Part shown: positions 1-7,642 of the stretch, piece after piece
Position numbering within the stretch: position 1 is the first letter of the stretch
How the letters are laid out: the number at the start of each line of letters is the position of its first letter
Virus record (IMG/VR): IMGVR_UViG_3300037424_003018
Span: 1-43,461 of that record
Length of the DNA: 43,461 nt
Strand: one strand, 5' to 3'
DNA from: a virus
Taxonomy: Duplodnaviria; Caudoviricetes
The notes under the pieces: model-generated
Databases searched by the model: none
Seen by the model: the letters and a program-made list of their open reading frames with translations, nothing else
Told to the model about the DNA's origin: nothing
Position numbers and translations under genes: made by a program

Positions 1-474
1 TCAGGAACTTCTTGTTATGGAGTAACTGTTATTATCGAAGGGAAGAATTAATTGTCGTTGAAGGGAAATTATAATTGACGTCAAACAATCAAGAAGCTGG
101 ATTTTATCGAAGATTGAGTTGTTGATGAAATATGCTTTATTGGGCTGTGTTTCAAAATAAAATACATCAATTTCTGTGAAAGGCCCAACAATAGTCCTGT
201 TCTGGTCTACAAGAGTTATAAAATTATTGCCTGGCTCAGCTAAAATCCAATAATATTTCCCCTTATTCATTTTTCCTATGATCTTCCCATTCATGTTAAT
301 TGGCCACTCTGCCCCACATCCCATTACTGTCCAAGGAGATACAACGTAAATGGAAGCTTTCCCTTCAGGCACTATGAATTCTTTCGCTTCAGAATCAAAA
401 GACTGTGGGGCCAGTGAAACACATCCACCAAGAATAAGAGCGAAAACGAACGTCACTGCCATTAGATATCTCAT
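1..474 (-). CDS. DUF2846-like lipoprotein (host or neighbouring island side)
   Basis: Lipobox LILGGC; 'DSEAKEFIVPEGKASIYV' N-terminal motif; start chosen at MRYL because AAGGA precedes it; AT-rich. Confidence 0.65.
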   Translation of the reverse strand: MRYLMAVTFVFALILGGCVSLAPQSFDSEAKEFIVPEGKASIYVVSPWTVMGCGAEWPINMNGKIIGKMNKGKYYWILAEPGNNFITLVDQNRTIVGPFTEIDVFYFETQPNKAYFINNSIFDKIQLLDCLTSIIISLQRQLILPFDNNSYSITRSS

Positions 475-733
475 TCTGTATCCTTTCATATTATACATTT
501 CCTACTTTGGTTTAATATCCTATTTTCTACTAACGATTAATTTGGAGAACTCTCCGGCATCAATACGGGCAAGTTCTCTAGTAAATTATCCATAGCACCG
601 TTCATGGTTTTTATTGGTATACCAGCACAATCATACCCAAAGAGGGTTATATCTAATGCCCCGATATCGAACTATTATACTCAATATACAGGAGAAATTA
701 CAAGCGTGGTTTTTACGGAGTATGAATAAAACC

Positions 734-753
734 CCACCCCAAATCCACCCCAA
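734..753. repeat. CCACCCCAA direct repeat x2 (11-bp period), integrase arm-site-like
   Basis: Copies at 734-742 and 745-753. Confidence 0.4.
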
Positions 754-813
754 GTCCATTTGTCTTTTACGCTGGAAAACCGCTGGGGCGAATTTTTCCT
801 GATATTTTCTCTC

Positions 814-842
814 TTGACAAATGCCTTAAAATAGTGTATATG
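814..842 (+). promoter_or_regulatory. sigma70-type promoter for tRNA-Val
   Basis: TTGACA (814-819), 17 bp, TATATG (837-842). Confidence 0.5.
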
Positions 843-870
843 CTTTGTCTCTAAAGACTTATGTTCTTTA

Positions 871-944
871 GGGCGGTTAGCTCAGTTGGCTAGAGCACCA
901 GCTCGACACGCTGGGGGTCACAGGTTCAAGTCCTGTACCGCCCA
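871..944 (+). tRNA. tRNA-Val(GAC); probable attL
   Basis: GGGCGGT/ACCGCCC acceptor, CCAGC-TCGACAC-GCTGG anticodon arm, GGTTCAAGTCC T arm; integrase 104 bp downstream. Confidence 0.95.
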
Positions 945-987
945 TTCAATTTAAGCCCTTAAGTAACAAGGGCTTAAATTGAATGGG
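941..987 (+). terminator. 20-bp perfect inverted repeat, terminator-like, overlapping tRNA 3' end
   Basis: CCCATTCAATTTAAGCCCTT (941-960) / AAGGGCTTAAATTGAATGGG (968-987), 7-nt loop, then TTT. Confidence 0.7.
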
Positions 988-1007
988 TTTCGACATAGCT
1001 TTTGTGG

Positions 1008-1029
1008 TGTTTGACAAATTGTTTGACAA
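1008..1029. repeat. TGTTTGACAA direct repeat x2, likely integrase arm-type sites
   Basis: Copies at 1008-1017 and 1020-1029, between tRNA and int. Confidence 0.6.
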
Positions 1030-1047
1030 TTTATCAGGAGAGAAGCT

Positions 1048-2247
1048 ATGTTAAAAAAACTTACAATTGGAACAATCTTTTTAAGCCGTGGTCGATATTA
1101 CTGGCGGGGCATTCTGCCGGGGGAACAAAAAAGAATATCAATTCCACTCAAACCCAAAGGATCACGATACGCCACAAATGATTTGGCCGTTGCCCGTGAA
1201 GTGGTTGCCGGCATGATACAGCAGCACATCTTCAAAACATCTCAACAAGTTCCAGCCAGAATTAAAACCATAGCCGACCTGTCGAAAGCCTACCTGAAAT
1301 ACGTCAAGGGGTATTACCAAAGCCGTGAGCCAGATAACATCAAGTATGCGATCAACAGCCTGGTTGATTATTTTGCAGCCATGCCGGCCGAGGATTTTGG
1401 ACCGCTAAAATTGAAGGAGTTGCAGAAGACCATGATTGCCAAGGAATTGACTCGAGGTGGAATCAATAAGCGAATCGACATGGTCAAGCGGATGTTTAAA
1501 TGGGCAGCCAGTGAACAGCTTGTATCAGTGACAGTGCATCAGGCATTGAGCACGGTTGAAGGGCTTCGCAAGGGGCACACAAAGGCCCCAGAATCAAAGA
1601 AGGTTCGGCCGGTGAAGATAGAGGCGGTCGATGCGACTTTGCCATTCCTGGGCCAGACTGTAGCCGATATGGTACGAATCCAGATGCTTACGGGTATGAG
1701 GTCAACCGAGGTCTGCATTATGCAGCCACGACTCATCGACCGCGAAGGCGATATCTGGATATACCGGCCGGATAAATACAAGAGCCAGAACCACGAAGAT
1801 TGCGAGCGGGTAATTCCCATAGGCCCGAAAGCTCAAAAGATTATCGCTAAGTATTTATTCCGGGACCAGGCAGAGTACTGTTTTAAGCCTTCAGAATCCG
1901 AAGCAGGTCGCGGCTGGACACGCGAAGGGCTGAACCCCCGGTATGACAGGTACTCTTATCGCCGGGCGATCAGGCGGGCAACCAGCCGTGCTAATCGTGA
2001 GATTAAGAGCCAGTGTCGGGCTGAGTGTCCAGGCGACAGGAGAGCCGCGGCCGAACTTTATCTCAAAAGACGGATTCTGAAATGGCATCCGCACCAAATC
2101 CGGCACACGTTCGGAACTATGGTTCGTAGAGAGCAGGGCATTGAGGCGGCCAAAGCAGCTCTTGGACATAAGAAAATTCAGACGACAGAGATATATGCAG
2201 AACGTGACTTGAAGCTTGCAGTTGATGCCGCGTTAAAGTTTGGTTGA
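1048..2247 (+). CDS. int: Tyrosine recombinase / phage integrase
   Basis: TGMRSTE (R), HQIRH (HxxR), LGH, IYA (Y); RBS AGGAG. Confidence 0.95.
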   Translation: MLKKLTIGTIFLSRGRYYWRGILPGEQKRISIPLKPKGSRYATNDLAVAREVVAGMIQQHIFKTSQQVPARIKTIADLSKAYLKYVKGYYQSREPDNIKYAINSLVDYFAAMPAEDFGPLKLKELQKTMIAKELTRGGINKRIDMVKRMFKWAASEQLVSVTVHQALSTVEGLRKGHTKAPESKKVRPVKIEAVDATLPFLGQTVADMVRIQMLTGMRSTEVCIMQPRLIDREGDIWIYRPDKYKSQNHEDCERVIPIGPKAQKIIAKYLFRDQAEYCFKPSESEAGRGWTREGLNPRYDRYSYRRAIRRATSRANREIKSQCRAECPGDRRAAAELYLKRRILKWHPHQIRHTFGTMVRREQGIEAAKAALGHKKIQTTEIYAERDLKLAVDAALKFG

Positions 2248-2283
2248 ATCTCTGATTGTTCGGTATATGTTTGAAAACTTTGT

Positions 2284-2343
2284 GTTCACATGTGATGTTC
2301 ACATGTTCACAGTGAACGTTCACACTTGTTCACCGAAGTTCAC
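2284..2343. repeat. GTTCAC motif cluster (6 direct, 1 inverted)
   Basis: Direct at 2284, 2297, 2305, 2318, 2328, 2338; GTGAAC at 2312; one more copy at 2437. Confidence 0.8.
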
Positions 2344-2689
2344 ACAGACAAAGGCAAAGGAATAGTATAATATTATAATATTACATGGAGTTATCATGTA
2401 ATAAAAAAAACAACACATAAAAGAATCTTGTCGATTGTTCACTTTTATTTTTTTGGTAAACGACACGGCAAGTCTGAAATGGAGTGTGGTTGGCCTGTGA
2501 GGTGAAGAGTAAAGAATCAAAATCCTTCACAGGCAAAAAAACCATGAAAGCCGAAAAGTGGTTTATGGCATACGTTCAGGTTGTTCGAGAATCAACCTGT
2601 AGTGTCCGCCTGTTGAAAAGAGACCACTTTTTTGTAGAACGGTAGGGTCGGGGGCGGGGATCGCCAATCCTGGGGCATCGTAGAGCGTT

Positions 2690-2899
2690 TTAGCCAAACA
2701 GCATTTTGCGGGTTTTGCCGCCACAGGATGCACACCGCCAGCCGCCAAATTTAATTGAGCAGAGAATCCAGATGATTATCCAGGGAAAAAACAAGATTGA
2801 AATTATCAGGTGCAGAATGTGGTTTGTTCCTTTTCGGCGAATCAAGGTTTGCTTGCAGCATCGTTTACAATATCCGGTTGACTCTTCTGTGAACCCCAT
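2690..2899 (-). CDS. LITAF-like zinc-ribbon membrane protein
   Basis: CKRC, hydrophobic stretch (HILHLIISILFFPWIIIWIL), CASC; RBS GAGGAG on minus strand. Confidence 0.75.
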   Translation of the reverse strand: MGFTEESTGYCKRCCKQTLIRRKGTNHILHLIISILFFPWIIIWILCSIKFGGWRCASCGGKTRKMLFG

Positions 2900-2943
2900 G
2901 AAGCTCCTCTCTTAAAAAAAAGCATTGTCCTGAAAAATTATTC

Positions 2944-2972
2944 TTGACTGTTTGTTTTTTGTTCGCTAAACT
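2944..2972 (+). promoter_or_regulatory. Promoter firing antisense toward the repressor gene
   Basis: TTGACT (2944-2949), 17 bp, TAAACT (2967-2972). Confidence 0.5.
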
Positions 2973-3056
2973 CTGGCCCAACGCCCGGCTGAAACAAACG
3001 AACCGGGGCCGGGGAAACCGGCCGGGCTATAATTCCTTGATTTCGCTGAGGTTACA

Positions 3057-3236
3057 ATGACAAGGACGAATCAAATCAAGGCCGAAACGCAGTATTCGAC
3101 CACTATGACGGGCAACATTAACTTTCAACAAGCCATAAAGGAGCACAAGGCTGAGCAAATTAAGCAGTATGTCTTGCAGCTTGATTCCGATCTGCTTGAT
3201 TCTTTACTGTCTCAGCTACACGAGTTGCAGCTTTAG
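3057..3236 (+). CDS. 59-aa small ORF overlapping the repressor 3' end (not in ORF track)
   Basis: GAGG RBS at 3048, ATG 3057, TAG 3234-3236; MTRTNQIK...LLSQLHELQL. Confidence 0.35.
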   Translation: MTRTNQIKAETQYSTTMTGNINFQQAIKEHKAEQIKQYVLQLDSDLLDSLLSQLHELQL

Positions 3237-3471
3237 AACCTTTCAGTCTGGCCTTTATCAAATCGAGCACGGCGGCTTCGTCCAGTGGGTCTATTTGCCC
3301 AAGGATGACTGATTGCAGGGTCTTATCTTGCCCACAAAACCAGTCGACCAGCCGGGTAGTCATTTCGATTTTTGCCACACCAAGCCGTTTTTGCACGGCA
3401 TCGAGCTTTTCGCTGCCCTCGATAGAAATTTTTACGCTTGTTGTAGATTTATTTTCTTTTTTGTCACTCAT
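3160..3471 (-). CDS. Putative repressor, RHH-like, probably leaderless
   Basis: cI position; TTSVKIS strand followed by two helices (SEKLDAVQKRLGVAKIEMTTRLVDWF). Confidence 0.6.
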   Translation of the reverse strand: MSDKKENKSTTSVKISIEGSEKLDAVQKRLGVAKIEMTTRLVDWFCGQDKTLQSVILGQIDPLDEAAVLDLIKARLKGSKAATRVAETVKNQADRNQAARHTA

Positions 3472-3478
3472 GTAAATC

Positions 3479-3506
3479 ATTTTAAATCAACAACTTATAG
3501 TGTCAA
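3479..3506 (-). promoter_or_regulatory. Leftward promoter for leaderless repressor mRNA, with IHF-like site
   Basis: TTGACA (3506-3501), 16 bp, TAAAAT (3484-3479), ATG 8 nt later; AATCAACAACTTA (3485-3497) fits WATCAANNNNTTR. Confidence 0.65.
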
Positions 3507-3509
3507 AAC

Positions 3510-3613
3510 GTAAAATATAATAAAAAATAGTAAAATAAAGTAAATTTATCCTTGCATACTTGTCGATGGATAGGTAGAGTAAAGTAAAATTTAGTAGAGG
3601 AAAATAAAATGCC
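3510..3613. promoter_or_regulatory. Two arrays of four 10-bp RTARA... units (candidate operators)
   Basis: GTAAAATATA/ATAAAAAATA/GTAAAATAAA/GTAAATTTAT (3510-3549); GTAGAGTAAA/GTAAAATTTA/GTAGAGGAAA/ATAAAATGCC (3574-3613). Confidence 0.55.
3552..3580 (+). promoter_or_regulatory. Rightward early promoter
   Basis: TTGCAT, 17 bp, TAGAGT. Confidence 0.6.
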
Positions 3614-3845
3614 AGAACCAGAACAGAAGTACTTCAGCACAGCCGTCACGGACGAAGAGGCCGAGATGATAGAACAGTACGCCATGCTTACTGGGTTGCC
3701 AAAGGCTACGGCGGTCAAGATGCACCTGCGTCAAACATTACCAGATTTAATTCAGACCCTCCGTGACAAGAAAAATCCCTCTTCCGTGGAAACGGCCAAT
3801 GTACCAAATTCGGCCAAGCAAAGTCAAGGGAAATCAAATGCCTGA
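3609..3845 (+). CDS. Cro-position RHH/CopG-like regulator
   Basis: KYFSTAVTDEEAEMIEQYAMLTGLPKATAVKMHL strand-helix-helix pattern; RBS GAGG. Confidence 0.6.
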   Translation: MPEPEQKYFSTAVTDEEAEMIEQYAMLTGLPKATAVKMHLRQTLPDLIQTLRDKKNPSSVETANVPNSAKQSQGKSNA

Positions 3846-4032
3846 GCAGTTGTTGCCAAAGAAAGAGGCGGCCAAAAGGTTCGGCCTGCGGCCCCGGACC
3901 TTTGACCTTCACAGGCCCAGACTGATAGCTAACGGCCTGCAACAGGTTAAGGTCGGCAAACACATGATGTTTCGAGAGGGCAGCATTGATGTAGTCATTC
4001 GTGAAGCTGCCGAACAAGGAATAGCTCTTTAA
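3838..4032 (+). CDS. Excisionase-like winged HTH protein
   Basis: LLPKKEAAKRFGL...VKVGKHMMFREGSID; start at MPEQ. Confidence 0.75.
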   Translation: MPEQLLPKKEAAKRFGLRPRTFDLHRPRLIANGLQQVKVGKHMMFREGSIDVVIREAAEQGIAL

Positions 4033-4141
4033 AAATTTAAAAATCTTCCTGCCGTGGTTGTGACAACTTTCTTTCGGCAGGCGTGAGGCTGGCAAGTGCA
4101 AGTACAGGTTATCGCCGGACGAATCCGGCAGCCAGCCTTAA

Positions 4142-4215
4142 AGCGGGGTGAGTCTAATTGGTAGGCTGGAAGCCTCATAAACTTCTGTGTGCTGGTTCGA
4201 GTCCAGCCCCCGCCA
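4142..4215 (+). tRNA. tRNA with CAT anticodon (Met, initiator-like, atypical)
   Basis: AGCGGGG/CCCCGCC acceptor, AGTC/GGCT D stem, GAAGC-CTCATAA-ACTTC, GCTGG-TTCGAGT-CCAGC. Confidence 0.8.
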
Positions 4216-4386
4216 TAAAAACCCTAATGGACGAAGAGTACGGTGGGTGTATCCCGTGCGACCCGATACCCAGCCGGAGTGAATCGCTGGGTTTTCCAAA
4301 GGACTTTGCCGGTTTGGTCCGCAAACCGGATGGAATAGCGAGGCCGGTGCCATAGAAAAGCTATTCAGTGGCACTGGCTTTTATCT

Positions 4387-4460
4387 CTCGGATTAGCTCA
4401 GCTTGGCAGAGCGGTTGGTTTGGGACCAACAGGCCATAGGTTCAAATCCTGTATCCGAGA
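4387..4460 (+). tRNA. tRNA-Pro(TGG)
   Basis: CTCGGAT/ATCCGAG acceptor, GTTGG-TTTGGGA-CCAAC anticodon arm, TTCAAAT T loop. Confidence 0.92.
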
Positions 4461-4524
4461 TTGCTATGTCGAGACCTTGCCGGTGGCTCAGGTTAAACCG
4501 GCAAAACTTTAAGTGGAGAATGAT

Positions 4525-4623
4525 ATGAAATTCAAACGTGAACTATCAGCCATACTGATCGCCTTGCTTGCCATAGTCAGTTGGCAGTGGGCTATGAGGA
4601 TTACCAATGGGAACCACGACTGA
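4525..4623 (+). CDS. 32-aa hydrophobic peptide
   Basis: GGAG RBS; MKFKRELSAILIALLAIVSWQWAMRITNGNHD. Confidence 0.45.
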   Translation: MKFKRELSAILIALLAIVSWQWAMRITNGNHD

Positions 4624-4891
4624 AATCCATCAACAGGCCAATGAGTTACTGATGCTATCCAGAGCGGCTGATACTCTGCGGTGGATGATAAGGCAATTTG
4701 TCTGGGAGCAATTCCAGAATGGCCAGCCGGATTACAGCCCAGAACTGAAAGAAGCATTTCGCGTATTCGACGGGCTCAATCGTCTCACAGGCAAAACAGT
4801 TAAGTACTGTTCGTTCTGCAGCTACCCGCTCGAACTCATTCACAAGTCATGTCCAGTATGCAATGAAAATTTAACCGAACATTATTCATAA
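4607..4891 (+). CDS. Hypothetical protein with C-terminal zinc ribbon
   Basis: CSFC...CPVC. Confidence 0.6.
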   Translation: MGTTTEIHQQANELLMLSRAADTLRWMIRQFVWEQFQNGQPDYSPELKEAFRVFDGLNRLTGKTVKYCSFCSYPLELIHKSCPVCNENLTEHYS

Positions 4892-4915
4892 CCAGAACCG
4901 AAAGGAGAATCAAAG

Positions 4916-5995
4916 ATGTCATTCCAGAAAGCAACAAAGGAGAAATCGAAATTGAGGCTTGCATTATTTGGCCCGTCTGGCAGCGGCAAGACATTTACTG
5001 CCTTGCGGGTTGCAACAGGCATGGGCGGAAAAATCGCCGTGATTGATACCGAGTTTGGTTCGGCCAGCAAATATGCCGACCGATTCAACTTCGATACAGT
5101 TACCCTCAGAATCCCCAACGTAGATAATTACATGACGCTTATCCGTGAGGCCGGCAATGCGGGGTATGGCGTGCTTATCATCGACAGCATGAGTCATGGA
5201 TGGCAGGAACTGCTTGAGCAGATCGACCAGATAGCCAAGACGAAGTATAAGGGCAATACGTGGTCGGCATGGAACGAAGGAACTCCGCTACAAAAAGATT
5301 TTGTTCGAACAATTCTTGCCTGCCCATGTCATATTATCGCAACCATGCGTTCCAAAACCGAATGGTCTGTACAGACCGGCGACAACGGAAAATCAAGGCC
5401 GGTTCGCGTTGGGCTTGCTCCGGAACAGGGCAAGGGTATCGAATACGAATTTGATATGCTCATGGAGTTGTCAACCGATCACACGGCTGAGGTTATCAAG
5501 GACCGTACCGGCAAATATCAGGATAAGATTATCCAGAAGCCCGGTGAAGAGTTCGGCAAGGAACTGGCGGCATGGCTGAATGATGGAGCAAGTACAGCTC
5601 AGGCCATGAATCCAGCCGAGCAGCCCGCCCAGGCCCAGCCGCAAAGCATCGTTGACCAGGCCGTGAATCAATCCACGGCATCGGCCCAGCAGCCAGCCCA
5701 GCAAACCCCACCGGCCCAACCTCAGAATCAGGCCGCGGCCCCTGTACGTCAAGCAACACCGGCAAACCAGCCGAAAATCACACTCGAACAGCAGTCTACA
5801 ATCGATGCCATTGCAGATTACTTTCGTGTCAAAGCGGCGTCGGAAACACCGGGCTTCATTGTCAGTTCTGAACGGCTGAAACAGGTTATCATTACACGGT
5901 ACGGAAAGTACCCGTCCACACCAACCGGGGCCAGTAAGGTCAAGGCTGAAATCAAGCTGAGCGACATTATTATACCAGCGAACCAGGCGGCCTAA
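4916..5995 (+). CDS. Sak4-like AAA ATPase / ssDNA annealing protein
   Basis: GPSGSGKT Walker A, VIDTE, IIDSMSH, EYEFD; Q/P/A-rich linker. Confidence 0.88.
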   Translation: MSFQKATKEKSKLRLALFGPSGSGKTFTALRVATGMGGKIAVIDTEFGSASKYADRFNFDTVTLRIPNVDNYMTLIREAGNAGYGVLIIDSMSHGWQELLEQIDQIAKTKYKGNTWSAWNEGTPLQKDFVRTILACPCHIIATMRSKTEWSVQTGDNGKSRPVRVGLAPEQGKGIEYEFDMLMELSTDHTAEVIKDRTGKYQDKIIQKPGEEFGKELAAWLNDGASTAQAMNPAEQPAQAQPQSIVDQAVNQSTASAQQPAQQTPPAQPQNQAAAPVRQATPANQPKITLEQQSTIDAIADYFRVKAASETPGFIVSSERLKQVIITRYGKYPSTPTGASKVKAEIKLSDIIIPANQAA

Positions 5996-5998
5996 CCG

Positions 5999-6415
5999 AT
6001 GCCAACCCCGAAATTCCAAGCCCACATAGAGAACGGCCTGCCGGTCATTGATGATGCCCGACTGACGGAGTATTGCCGCAAATGGCCAGACGGCACACAG
6101 GTTGACGTTGTGGTCAAGAAGCGTACCAAGGCCATATCGGACAGGCAGATTCGTTATCTCTATGGGGTCATATACTCGATGATCGCCGAGCACACAGGTC
6201 ACACCGTGGACGAAATCGACCAGATGATGAAGTACAAGTTTCTGCGGTGCATCGATGACAGGGGGCTTGAGTACGTACCGAGTAAGACGGAACTGTCAAC
6301 AATCGAAGATGAAGTGTTTGCCGCGAAAATACGCAACTGGGCTTTGATTGCCTTAGACCTGCGGATTCCGCTGCCGAACGAAATTGAATTACCAGAACAT
6401 GCCTTAGTGGCATAG
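5999..6415 (+). CDS. NinB-like recombination accessory protein
   Basis: SDRQIRYLYGVIY...IAEHTGHT..E...MKYKFL...SKTELST...IPLP. Confidence 0.65.
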   Translation: MPTPKFQAHIENGLPVIDDARLTEYCRKWPDGTQVDVVVKKRTKAISDRQIRYLYGVIYSMIAEHTGHTVDEIDQMMKYKFLRCIDDRGLEYVPSKTELSTIEDEVFAAKIRNWALIALDLRIPLPNEIELPEHALVA

Positions 6416-6425
6416 GAGAACCAGA

Positions 6426-7148
6426 ATGGCAAAGAAGAGAGTTGAATCGAAAGAAGTGACCAAGCAGAAAAATGACAATTTAGCCGAAGATGCGAGACTT
6501 GCAGCCCAGGCAGTTTTGGAAAACAGCAAAACGCCTATTTCAGAAAGCAAGCCGACCGAGGAAGAAAAGCTGAAAACACGAGAACATCGTGAACTCAGCC
6601 TTTATGACTACCAGGCTCAGATTCTCGAAATCGAATCGGCCATACAAGCAGCCGAAGGCGAATTGACCGACGAACAGGCGGACCAACTGTTTGCCCTGCA
6701 CGCCGGGTCTATTGTCAAGATGAAAAGCTATGTTTGGATGATACGGCAGATTGGCGGAGTCTGTGAAAACATCGATGGAGAAATCAAACGGCTGAACGAA
6801 ATCAAGAAATACCGCCAGAACATCCAGAACAAACTGGAATCGGCCCTTGTCAGGCACATCCTTGCGACACAGCCAGAGAAACGGAAGATTGACCTTGACA
6901 CCTACATCGTATCGGCAAAGAAGAACCCGCCGAGCGTCGAGGTTGACGAAGGATTCAGTGACCCGTTCCTTTGCGACATCAAGTCCATCAAAAACCCATC
7001 GGCCGAAACCATCGACGCAGCCAAGGCCAATGGTGATGAACTGGTTATCCAGCCGAACAAACCGGCAATAAAAGAAGCACTGCTGGCCAAACAGGACGTA
7101 CTTGGGGCCAGACTCATCGACAACGTCTATCGACTCAATATCAAGTAA
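6426..7148 (+). CDS. Siphovirus Gp157-like protein
   Basis: IDGEIKRL, KKNPPSVEV, PNKPAIKEAL, GARL...LNIK. Confidence 0.85.
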   Translation: MAKKRVESKEVTKQKNDNLAEDARLAAQAVLENSKTPISESKPTEEEKLKTREHRELSLYDYQAQILEIESAIQAAEGELTDEQADQLFALHAGSIVKMKSYVWMIRQIGGVCENIDGEIKRLNEIKKYRQNIQNKLESALVRHILATQPEKRKIDLDTYIVSAKKNPPSVEVDEGFSDPFLCDIKSIKNPSAETIDAAKANGDELVIQPNKPAIKEALLAKQDVLGARLIDNVYRLNIK

Positions 7149-7185
7149 TTGAACCGAAACCAATCATAAGCAAAGGAGTATCAGT

Positions 7186-7605
7186 ATGGCATCAGTGAAT
7201 CGAGTAATTCTGTTAGGTAACTTAACCCGCGACCCGGAATTGACATACTTGCCAAGCCAAACGGCGGTGTGTAATTTTGGCATGGCCATGAACCGCAAAT
7301 GGAAGGGCCAGGACGGCCAGGAAAAAGAAGAGGTCTGCTTTGTGGACGTAGTTGCATTTTCAAAATCAGCCGAGACGATATCGAAGTATGTCAAGAAGGG
7401 CCAGCTCTTCTATGTCGAAGGTCGTTTGAAACTCGACTCGTGGGAAGCTCAGGACGGAAGCAAGAGAAACAAGCTGAAGGTTATCGCCGAATTGTTCCAG
7501 TTTATCCCCACCGGCCAAACAAGACCCACGCCGCAAGGAGAAGGCCAAGAACCGGAATATGACGGCCAGCCAACAAACCCGGTTTCAGACGAAATCCCAT
7601 TTTAA
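7186..7605 (+). CDS. ssb: Single-stranded DNA-binding protein
   Basis: NRVILLGNLTRDPEL; C-terminal DEIPF. Confidence 0.96.
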   Translation: MASVNRVILLGNLTRDPELTYLPSQTAVCNFGMAMNRKWKGQDGQEKEEVCFVDVVAFSKSAETISKYVKKGQLFYVEGRLKLDSWEAQDGSKRNKLKVIAELFQFIPTGQTRPTPQGEGQEPEYDGQPTNPVSDEIPF

Positions 7606-7642
7606 AAACAATAAAAACTTTAATATAGGAAAGGATTGAACC

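Noticed and set aside
2284-2343. Mini CRISPR array
   Set aside because: 6-bp motifs with gaps of only a few bp; no repeat-spacer structure and no cas genes.
2490-2565. Riboswitch (c-di-GMP-like GGCAAA..GAAA)
   Set aside because: A GCCTGTGA/TCACAGGC hairpin is present but the conserved aptamer core is not.
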